A program made the translations under genes and the position numbers. A stretch of DNA of 64,000 bases from Eutreptiella sp. 'Long Island Sound 2002' (taxonomy: Eukaryota > Protista > Euglenida). Of the stretch, positions 11,285-21,201 are shown one piece after another; position 1 is the stretch's first letter, and each line of letters opens with the position of its first letter. The notes beneath the pieces were generated by a model. The model was not told the origin of the DNA and ran no database searches. It saw nothing but the letters and a program-made list of their open reading frames with translations. Where the stretch lies: positions 13,206,001-13,270,000 of the forward strand of contig OZ038379.1 of NCBI GenBank assembly GCA_964036045.1. Direction: 5' to 3'.

Positions 11285-12789
11285 CCACGCGTAGCCCTTG
11301 CGGCCGCTGTCGGGGTGTCCCAGTGCCGTGGGTGGCTAGGGGGGGGGGGTCGGTCCTAACCCCTTCCTATCTCTTAGCAGCAGCAGGCAAGTAAGCAGGC
11401 AGTACCGGGGGTCATAACCCCGGGGTAACAGTAGCTGGGACTCAACGTGAGTCCTCTTAACCAAAACAACCCCAAATTCCGCCGGGGCTTAACTCCCGAA
11501 CGAAACGGTATTTGGGGCCCCCGTGTGCCTTATAAGCCCACGGAGTGTGCTGAGGCGTGGCTACCAGCACTTAAAGTCTGGCCTGCTATACCCATTGCTG
11601 GGCTCGCCTCAGCACGGCCGGTCGAGTCCGGCTCTGGGGGGTGCGCACTAAACTGGCCCCGGGGGGGGGGGCATTTACCCGTTTAAGCATTAATTATAGC
11701 AGTAAGCACTATTTATTACGTTAGATGTTTACTCAGCGCAAGTTTTTACCCCGCAGACATGCCCCTTCCAGTGGTGCGCTCACCTTTGGGGCTGCCGTTG
11801 GGGGGTCCGGGGCTTTTACCCGGACCTCCGGCCCTCCCTGGTTGTTGGCCGGAGGCGTACATTATACAATACTGAGGTTCATTCATTAACGTACTTACTT
11901 TACTTGATACATACACATCTGGGGCCTAGGGGGGATGGCGCCCCCCCTCGGTTCCAAACAGGGCACTTTGTCTCGCCGGGAGGGGATGGCGCCCCTCCAC
12001 GGCCCAACACACGGGGGGCCTCCCCTGTGTTCATGTATCCTTCCCAATGGCAGCGCCGTTGTTGGCGCCACTTGTGATATGAACTCGAGGGGCCTCCCCT
12101 TATTTCAATTTCTTCCAATTTCTTCCAGCGTATTCCGACCGGCCGCCCCACGTGGGATTCCCGGCATGGGGGGCACGGGGGGTCCTCCCCTTATTTCACA
12201 TTTCTCATCTCCCAAAAAAGGGCCGCCAGGACTGGGGGGCCGCCCCTTATTTCAACTGATATTGATTCAAACTCGCTCCAACCTGCATGGGCGGAGGGCC
12301 AAGAACAGGGGGGCCTCCCCTTATTTCAGTACGGTCCCACAAAAGACATAACTCCACCCCGCTTGGGCGGAGGCCCGGGACAGGGGGGCCTCCCCTTATT
12401 TCAGTACGGTCCCGGTTCACTCGCACCGTCCCCGCTACAGGCATCCGCTGCAGGAAACGGGCCAAGATCCCCACTGGTGCCCTCTCCTCGCTCCGGTGTC
12501 GGAGGGGCCACGAGGGGCGCCACGCCGCAGTCGGTCCCCAGCCCAGGATGCACCTGTGCAGGAACAGAGCGAGTACAAGGGGGCGGGTGGGTGACAGCGT
12601 ACAAGCCCTGGGGCGGGCTGGGCCACAGGGAGGCCTGGAGAACCCACGCAAACCGCCACCCCCCGGTGGAGCCCGCCCTGTCCTTCCAAGCAAGCAAGCT
12701 TAAGGAACTCCGCCCGTTCTCTTATAGAACGTAGGGCGGAGCCCCTGGGTAACCTAAACAAGGGTTTACCAAGCGCACCACGCGTGGCC
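11285..12789. other. 1.5 kb hairpin-rich unit bounded by an imperfect 12-bp direct repeat; possible non-autonomous element or structured RNA locus
   Basis: CCACGCGTAGCC (11285) and CCACGCGTGGCC (12778); many stem-loops; contains the repeat-spacer array. Confidence 0.35.
12013..12403 (+). repeat. Repeat-spacer array: six ~21-bp cores GGGGGGCCTCCCCTTATTTCA with mostly divergent spacers
   Basis: Core starts at 12013, 12089, 12177, 12234, 12308, 12383 (periods 76, 88, 57, 74, 75). Confidence 0.85.
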
Positions 12790-13204
12790 TACCCTTTAAT
12801 GCGTCATGTGCATGCACAGGAGCCACAATCTCAAGACTCTACCAGGGGGTGGCCCCTCCTGGGCTTACTCACCTTACCTACCGCTGTAAGCGAAAGGAGA
12901 GCAAACATGCACACATGCACGCATATTTTCCCCAACCCACCATTTTCCTGAAGTGAAGTTCGTGTGTCTCTGTGGGGGGGGGGGGGGATACTGCACTTTA
13001 ATCCCCATTTTCCTGAAGTGAATTTCCCGTGTGTCTGGGGGGGGGGGGCTGCACTTTTATTATTCGAAACGGAGGGGGGGGGGGGTTACTATACCCAGGG
13101 TCCCTCACTTTCCCCCATGTTCCACATTTTCCCATTTTCCACTTGTTGCCACTAGGAGAAAAGCCTGATGGGGGGCCCACCAGCAAAACTGACCCTGTTG
13201 TTAT

Positions 13205-15745
13205 TTACATACCTAGTTCATGCCTACAGTCATGGTCTGCAAAGGAAGCAAGGTGCAGAATTGGGCAAGAGAAAAAGGGGGGGGGGGGGCAAGTCTGAGA
13301 TGGGGGGCAAGGCACAAGTCTGATCTGGGGGGGGGGGGGGCAAAGGTCTATCATGGGGGGCTTGGGGGGTTGGGGGTTGGTGGGGATGGTCCATAAAAGT
13401 CTGAAGTCTGAAGTCTGATGGCCCATTGGGTTACTATACCCATAGCTGCTCAGCAGACCTGATGAGTGCCGTGCTGGCCTTTGCAGGCAAGGTTTTTTGT
13501 GGGGCAACAGAGATTGCATAGGGAGGGTACGTTTCCTGTGTGCCGGGACCGGGGTACATACCTTGTGGTGCCCCCGGTCACAACAATGGCGCACCCCTCT
13601 CTGCTTGAGGGTACATCTCGGGCAGGGGGGTAAGTTATGCAAGGGGCATAGTTGCAACTGTGGCCTACGAGCCACGTGGCTTGCTGCGTGATGCCCGAGC
13701 TTGCAGCACTCTTCTGCCGACTTGCGCAGTCTCTTGCAGGTCATACATGCCAGCGCTGTGTGTGCCACGCATTTGGAATGGTCGACTCGCGGCGCCAAGT
13801 GTGGCGTGGTGTGTGTTGACACGTGTCTGCGTGTGCCTGTGTAGGGGCGTTGTGGCAAGCGCCCATCTCCAATGACTGGGAAGAAATCGGCCCCAAAAGA
13901 CGAGTTCGATCCCCCCCCCTTGGCTGGCATTATCTGCTCTGACGGAGGTGCCAGTCCTGTCTGCAGATTGCCATGGAGAGCCCGGTGCAGCCTGTGTGAT
14001 TCCACTTCTGCGGCTGACCTGCGCGGGCGATATGCGTATGGCCGTGGCGCATGCACTCTGTGCGCACCTACTTTGGAGGACCATAATTGTTCGCAGTAAT
14101 CTGCCAACTTTTGGATGTGGAAAAGCATTGCATTCCTGCCTGCGAAATAAGGGCGGCAATTCAGTCCGCATAGCGCTGGTCCTCCCAGAGGGACCAATGA
14201 ACTGCATCGCGTGACGATGCGTGCTGGGTGCAGTTGACCTTTGGTGACAAGTCGCTGCACACTGTTCATGGCCAGCCTCAGCACCCTGCCCCTTTCCTGC
14301 AGTGAAAGTGTCGTTCCCTTGAATTTGGCTTGTGGTGCATGTGGCAGGGTACGCTCGGCAAATTCTTCGAAGTCCAGAGCTAACTCTAAGAAGGTCACTG
14401 AACCCGGTTCCTGTGTCCAGGTCAGAGCCCTCAACCAACGCAGAAGATCGGCCTGGAAAGGCATTTCCCACGGCCACTCATGCTTTTTGGGGGTGCGGAG
14501 CAGTAGTGTGTCTTTCTCCCCACTATATGGTAGTGGCCCTACCAACTGTTGGTATGGGTACTGTCGTAACTGTTGTGACCGGGCGGTTCCTGGAAAAACG
14601 GCTGGGGCCTGCGCGTCGCGCACTTTCCGAGCTTGCAAGATAGCTACGAACATGGTATGCAAAGTGTTCAAGAAGGTGTAGGCCCTCCCTGATTTGATGC
14701 AGTCATCTGGGATTTCAGGTGCCAGCCCACAACATCTGAGGCATGGAGGCCATTGATCTGGGGGGGGAAGGCTCGGTATGTGTGCGGCCGCATCGAGGAC
14801 TTCAGGCAGGTGAGTGGTGCGTGCTGTGTGCCAAGCAGTGCAGTGCCACAATATGTGTTCCTCGTCCTCTGGTGCATTGCCACAGAAAGGGCATGTCGAG
14901 GCCACGCGCATACCCCTCTGGTATGCCCTGAGTGCCGTCCAAGTGGCTCCAGAGAGGATGCCCCGGAGGATGGACCGCTGTAGTTCCGTGTCAAAAGCAG
15001 CCACACTAGGTTGTACCAGCTGCCTGCATGTGGCGTAATGGACCCCAGCAAAAAGTCGGGGCCGCCGCTGCACTAACGCATCCAGCATTTGGGAACGCAG
15101 CTGTTCACGCACTTCGTGCTTCACCGTGTTTTTGTCCCCGTAGAGTAGCAGGGGGTCGCTTTTCCCTGGTACCTTCCAACTCCACCACCCCTGCACTGAC
15201 ACCCACCCACATTCGTGTGCGGTGTGGATTGCACGGCCGAAAGGCCCAGACCCCTTGTGGCACTGATCTGTTTCCCAAATCGCCTGGCCGGTGATTTGGT
15301 TTGCACCCCTGGTGCGGCATAGATGAGCCAGCCATAATATGCGGTGGTACTTGAGCACCAGAGTTGGTGCAATTCTGTGTCCCTTGCAGAGCAAGGTGAA
15401 GAAAACTTCCTTGGCCCTGCCGGGCCGTGATGGCCCCCAGATTGTCCTCATGACCTTAGATTCGAATGGCAGCAAATCCCTAGGTCGCAGGGGTACTATC
15501 TCCGCTGCATGCAAGCCTGTGGCGGTGATCATTGTCGAAATGACATCGCACCGCCGTTCAAAGTTCCCTTGTGCCCCATGTACCCTGCCGAGTAAGCTGC
15601 ATGCCCTAGCGTGTGTGTGTGTGTGTGTGCCACCCAGCATCCCTGTCCTTGCAGACAGGGAGAAGAAAATTAAGCCCGTCAAACAACCCTCATCAATCCT
15701 CACAACCTGGGACGACTCTCTTGAATCCACCTCCACCCTCAGCAA
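13205..15745 (-). CDS. LINE ORF2 C-terminal half (RT end, zf-RVT, unknown domain, 2x Cys/His motif); first ~45 and last ~75 codons are read-through of flanking DNA
   Basis: 846-aa ORF; LRGILSGATWT...STCPFCGNAPEDEEHILWHCTAW is typical of LINE zinc-binding domains; HTHTH near the N-terminus is the microsatellite. Confidence 0.75.
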   Translation of the reverse strand: MLRVEVDSRESSQVVRIDEGCLTGLIFFSLSARTGMLGGTHTHTHARACSLLGRVHGAQGNFERRCDVISTMITATGLHAAEIVPLRPRDLLPFESKVMRTIWGPSRPGRAKEVFFTLLCKGHRIAPTLVLKYHRILWLAHLCRTRGANQITGQAIWETDQCHKGSGPFGRAIHTAHECGWVSVQGWWSWKVPGKSDPLLLYGDKNTVKHEVREQLRSQMLDALVQRRPRLFAGVHYATCRQLVQPSVAAFDTELQRSILRGILSGATWTALRAYQRGMRVASTCPFCGNAPEDEEHILWHCTAWHTARTTHLPEVLDAAAHIPSLPPPDQWPPCLRCCGLAPEIPDDCIKSGRAYTFLNTLHTMFVAILQARKVRDAQAPAVFPGTARSQQLRQYPYQQLVGPLPYSGEKDTLLLRTPKKHEWPWEMPFQADLLRWLRALTWTQEPGSVTFLELALDFEEFAERTLPHAPQAKFKGTTLSLQERGRVLRLAMNSVQRLVTKGQLHPARIVTRCSSLVPLGGPALCGLNCRPYFAGRNAMLFHIQKLADYCEQLWSSKVGAHRVHAPRPYAYRPRRSAAEVESHRLHRALHGNLQTGLAPPSEQIMPAKGGGSNSSFGADFFPVIGDGRLPQRPYTGTRRHVSTHTTPHLAPRVDHSKCVAHTALACMTCKRLRKSAEECCKLGHHAASHVARRPQLQLCPLHNLPPCPRCTLKQRGVRHCCDRGHHKVCTPVPAHRKRTLPMQSLLPHKKPCLQRPARHSSGLLSSYGYSNPMGHQTSDFRLLWTIPTNPQPPKPPMIDLCPPPPQIRLVPCPPSQTCPPPPFFSCPILHLASFADHDCRHELGM
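13395..15605 (-). mobile_element. 5'-truncated non-LTR retrotransposon (LINE)
   Basis: RT thumb-like segment, zf-RVT-type CPFCG...EDEEHILWHC motif, C-terminal Cys/His repeats; 5' junction at a (CA)n tract near 15610. Confidence 0.85.
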
Positions 15746-18700
15746 CGTTCAACAGTCCTGGTCCAGGGATGGGGATGTGATGTTGTGCCCTGCCCAGGGG
15801 ACACATAGGTGGAAGTGCAAGTTCAATGGCAGGCAATAATAAGAGTATCATGTGGATGGCTTGTGAATTTGGATCAACCGGCAACACTCAGATTGGAGCA
15901 AACATTCAGGGACCCCCTCCTCCTTCTGAAAGTTAGTTACCCAGCGGCATCCAGTGGCGACCAAGAAAGCATGCACGAAGCAAAAGCGCCAGGTAAAATT
16001 CTGGGGTTCACCCCCCATCCTTATTTACCCTGACATAAATGGGTCTTTTGTGGTGGTGGCGATGTCGGGGGGGGGGGGGGGGGCTGTCCACAAACCAGGT
16101 TTTCAACTTTTTGACAGGTAAATATGTTATACAAGGTCTGGACCCCTAGTCACCACCAGCTGGGCTCAGCTGATATGACTCCATCTTGACGTATGGCAAA
16201 ACATAGGGGATGTTGTCGCATGGTGCGCGCACAGTTCAATGTTTTTGGAATGTTCAACCAACTCTTACCCTGTTGAGTGGCCCTCACGAGCATCAGTTGT
16301 AGGGGCTTCAGCATCCACTCCAGGTTTGGGGGGCTCCACCAAAGCACCCATCAATGCCTCATTGTGCGGGAGTTGGGGGGCTCAGGGCTTTCAGCACGGC
16401 TTGTTGAAGGAGGAGTTGCAATGGCAAACCCCAACCGCTCCTCAGGTTAGGGTTTACTCAGAAAAGACCTCTTGGCCTCCCAAATTACTCCTAATAGAGA
16501 TGTGCCACCCACCTCTTGGACAAGGGCCAACAATTGTGGCTGGCACCCTATCCCCAGTGGAGCGGTGGTAGTACACAGGCAGCCCAGGGACAAGCCAGGG
16601 CAACTCTGATTCAGGCATTGTGGATCTGGGCCACACACAACACCCTAAAAGATGAACGGTGCGCGCAGTACGCGCAGTACGCGCACAGTTCATGCAACTC
16701 CCCCATGGGCCCCCAATAGGTGAACTGGCTTTCACACATAGGCCTCAAGACATGTGTAAAAGGGCATGTGTGAACTCACCTTGTCGACAATTGGGTGGCA
16801 CCGTGACCCCTTGTCGTGGTTTGTCCATGGGTTGCAGCTAATTTGTTTTGGGGGGGAATGGTTTCTGGTCCAGGGCACTCATTGGGCAATTTTTCCCATA
16901 CCGCACAAATACCTAAATTTTGCAGACCAATAATTTTTGCACAGGGCAGTTTGAAATTTTTCTAAGAGCAATCTTTGCACAGCCACCAAAGAAATTGAGA
17001 AACCAATTTTTTTCGTGATTATTTGGAAAATACTACTTTTTGGGATGGGACTTGCACAAGCTTTCATTTTTTTGCATTTTTTCTTGCGCTTTCTGCGCAA
17101 TGTATTTTTGAGTGGCTCTTTGTTCAGGCGCATTTGATGGCTTTGGTCCCTAGATGGATGCTTGCAATGCTTGGTGGTCCCTCAATTGATGCTGTTACTT
17201 CCCAGTGGTCCCAGATGGATGTGATTAATTCCTGGTGGTTGCTGGACGGAAGTTGTGGTTCAGGCTGTGGTTCCGGGTCAGCGGGAACATCAAACAAGTC
17301 AAGGTCACCCCTTTTGACAACGCCACATCAAAATTACTGCAGGGTCGTCCAATAGGCTGCCGAGGGGCAGGCGCAGCAGGGGCCTCCGTAGTGCTTACCA
17401 TACCGATCGAGGGGGGCACCTGTTTGGACATAGACACCCAACTGTGTGGGATAACTTTCAGGGGTCCAGAGGGGGGTTGGGGCTGGAGTGGGGTCCAGCC
17501 AGGGGGGCGGACCTGGGCGGGCTGAGCAAAAAAAAATTACCCGAACATAGACACATCAAAATGATCAACATACTGATCATTTTGAGGTATGTATGGTGGC
17601 GTACACAATTGTTGTTGAAAAAAACCTTTGCCCTTTGTTGAGGGTGCTGGTGAAATTTCGTTTTCATGTTTTTCATGCATACTTGAGAGTGCCATAAACT
17701 TCTCCCCCTGTACACCCCTATGCCCTATGCTTACCTTTTGCTTGATCCCCTTTTCCAAGTCAGAAACAATATGGCCAAGATGGACCCCCTTGGGGCCCTG
17801 GCAAGCCCTGACCGACCCACCCACCCACATTAGCAAAATTTTCCTCAGGGGAAAAATGAAATATAGTAAAGAGGCCGGAAATTGGAAGCCACTTTCAGGT
17901 ACACAACCTTTTTTTTGGCGCTGAACCATCCTCCCGGGCGGGGGGTTTTTGGCCACTAAGCAATGGCCTGGTCCTAAAACCTTGAAAAATGGATTCCCCA
18001 CTATGAAAGAGAAAACCCCTGAGGGCCATACCCGCCAACTGCTCCTGGACAGAAATGGGGGGACCCCCCTCCGCTGCCCGCTGCATTATAACACCCGCAT
18101 CAGTGCAATGTGGCAAGCCTTTTGAGGTCAACAAAATGTAACCCCCCAAACTGAAATTGACATCCTCCCACGTGAGCAGCAGTTGCTGAGGCAGACCACT
18201 TGCATCAAGAGTTTTGGATGTTGTTGGGGCTCGGCTTTGCCACAACTCAAAGGTGGGCACAGTATCATCACACTTTCATCTCACCATATCATATTGTACA
18301 ACATCATTGGACTTCACATATCTTTGGTGTTTACCAGTCCACATATTCTCATTGACGGGTGTTATGTTGCACATTGCACGTTTGCACGTTGTGCATTTGT
18401 ATGGTGTACATTGCGTGTCCACGGCCGCTGCCCAGGGTTGCCGATGGTTCAATCTGCTTGCTGTACAAAGTGGTCAGGAGTGGTTGGCGTTGAAGACCTT
18501 GCCAACCCCCAGCTCTCCTCAGAGACAACTGAAATTCTTTTGTCACCTTTCAAGCAGCATCCTGGCCACAGGAAGGGCGTTCGATTGAGCACCTAAACCA
18601 GGGGGAAGGGACGAATCTATCGCCAGCACTGCCAAATGACTGCACAAGCTAAAAATGGCCCAAATTTTCGTCCGTGACATCCAATAGGACGTGGGTGGGT

Positions 18701-20856
18701 CCAAGAACCGGCACAGGGGGCATGACAGGGAGATCTATGATTCATAGGGGCTGACCCAGAAGAGCAGCTTGCTTGACTTGGACCATGGATCAACCACAAT
18801 TGATTGTGGCACCAAACATGTTTCTTTTGGGTGGGGGCTTCAGAAATGGTTCAGCCTCAAATTGGCTGGGAGTCATTGGTGGACTGAAATTAGAATTTGT
18901 GGGTCGGTCAATGGGGTTGCTGTTTTGGGGGACAAGTTCACCAAAGCTGATTCTAATCAGCCCCTTGTCACCAAATTCATTCCCAGACGACTTCCTTTCA
19001 AACCAACATGGTTCCTGCAGACATAATAATGCAATGAGAAGGCAATGCATACAAGAACAAGCTGCCAGACACTGAGTTGGCAACAGATATTGCCAACATC
19101 TCATGGTGACTGCCAGCTGTGTGCAGCCAAACGTGCGTTGCTCAAATGTCTCAATCAGTGATCAGGGCTTCTGAGCCATTTGATGTCAGGAGGCTGCTGG
19201 AAAGGGGAAGGGCCAGAGGTGAGTGTCCACTACAGGCTGTTGGGAGGGGGGAGGGCCAGATGCAGCTGTACGGCTGCTGATTGCGCAAGGTGTGCCTGTA
19301 CCCCCCCCTGCTTCCTTCCAATGCCTTGTTTGGACAGCAGAAGTGCCGGATCGACAAAATGGGTGGTGGGCGGAGGATTGCCAGCAGCAGCAGCACCGAG
19401 AGGCTCCCCAAGGCAATTCAATTGGTGTTGTCCCCTTGAAAATCGGCAGGATGATGTTGTCATCTTCAGAGATCCAATTGCTTGGTGCATATGGTAACAT
19501 GCCTACATGTGAACAACACCAATGATCCTGCAGCGCTTCGCCCTTGTGTTCTTGTGACCGGGGCCAATGTGTATCACAATATTGCTTCAAGCAATCGCTT
19601 CCATGATCAAGATAGAACTATTTGAGGCCTGCAACATGTATGGCTTTGAGGGGTGACATCCTTTGCAACAACTGTTGGGTCCTGGGTTGTTGTTGGCACA
19701 TTCGAAAAACAAACACTGGCTGCAAGGGATGACCAGAAAGCACTCCGTCGCATGCGCCAAGGCAACCAAGACGCGGGCTGAAACGACCCTGCAACACCCC
19801 TAGGTTCCACCGATCTCCTCTGTGTCTCTCGTTCTGGGCGCTGATCTCACCAACAACCTCCTCTAAGACGGGGAAGTTCATCCTCGCCACGCACCTTGAT
19901 GCCGCCAAATACCGTCCAGGCATCCTTCGTCCACTTAGCAACACAAAACTACTACTAATATCTGCTGCTGTGCACCTGAAATTCAGTAGGAAAGAACAAG
20001 CTGCGTCGACTCAGTAGGCCTCAGCTCCTCCTGTTCACATCTGGCCTAGCGGACGCCAGTGGCAGGTCTTCTCACTACTCAGGCAAACTGAACCATGTTC
20101 CTCCGCCACACGCGAAGCGTCCACCGCCAGCCCTTCAACAAGATGAGGCCCTGGCAATCTGTGCGAGTAGAATCTTGCCGCCCCTGAGGTGTCTGAGCAT
20201 GACAGTCACTACAAGCAGTACTCCCCGCAGGACTCCCCATTCGCGAGGGCTCCCGTACCCTTTAGAACGTGCCGTCCGGATGGCGCAGCAGTGCTCGTGC
20301 CTTTGTTTGGTACTGGCCAGCGGTGAAGGTGGCGCCACTCTGTCGCTGATGAAGTGGCATTGGATCGAGTTGATGGTGGAGTGTGCAGACTACGTCAAGT
20401 GCAAAGCCGGGCCGAGTGTGTCCCGATCCCAGCGCCTCTCACCTCTCATCCGACCCGGTGGCCGCTGTGCTGTGCCGCGTGGTCGCCTCGCCATGACAGA
20501 ACCGCCGCAGAGGCCCTCAGTGAAATCCCTCGGTGGAGCCCAGACCATGCGCCTGAGCCCCATGATCCCCGGGTCATCGAGTCAGGTGGGGCCTCGGTGA
20601 TCGTTGGGCCCACTGCCCTGTGTCTCGCTCTGCACCCGCATCACATGCGGCAGGATTGACTGCCCGTCTACAGGGCCAGACTGGGCATTGCAGGCCCTCG
20701 GGGCCTTGGCTCATGGGTCTGCCCCTCGCCACAGACGACGGCTTTGGCCTGGCATTTGGATGCACTCGTAATGAAAGCGGGTGTCCGTCCGCCGCGGCTG
20801 TCCGTCCGCCGCAGCGGTCAGGTCTGTCGCGGGGGTCCGGGCATTGCAGCCCCCGG

Positions 20857-21201
20857 TCACCCGCCCTTCAGGAATCGATCGCAGGGGTACGGGCTTCGGC
20901 CCTCGTTGTCGATCCACGACCCAATGACCCCGGCGGCCTGCGCCTCGAAGATGGACCGCACCGCCTCGACCACAAGCGTCGCGTTCACCGTCAGCGGCCC
21001 GTTGAAGTTCTCCGCGCCCTCCACGTAGTACTTTGTGACGCCGCGCATGTTCAGCTCCGGGCACCAGTTCATAACGCAGTTGTACGTGAACTTCTGGTAC
21101 GCGTGCATAATGGGGCCCTGCGAAGCGGGGCACGCGTACAAAGAGGGAGGCGGTTCCATTCGGGGCATCCTGGGGCTTTTGGGAGGCAGACTCGCGGTCC
21201 C
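20857..21201 (-). CDS. GT61 last exon (acceptor may instead be at 21339)
   Basis: In-frame GC3-rich codons to the stop at 20857; two phase-0 AG acceptors are possible. Confidence 0.75.
   Translation of the reverse strand, partial: GTASLPPKSPRMPRMEPPPSLYACPASQGPIMHAYQKFTYNCVMNWCPELNMRGVTKYYVEGAENFNGPLTVNATLVVEAVRSIFEAQAAGVIGSWIDNEGRSPYPCDRFLKGG

Noticed and set aside
12013-12403. CRISPR array
   Set aside because: Eukaryotic intron-rich context, no cas genes, irregular spacer lengths, and the last two spacers are partly identical
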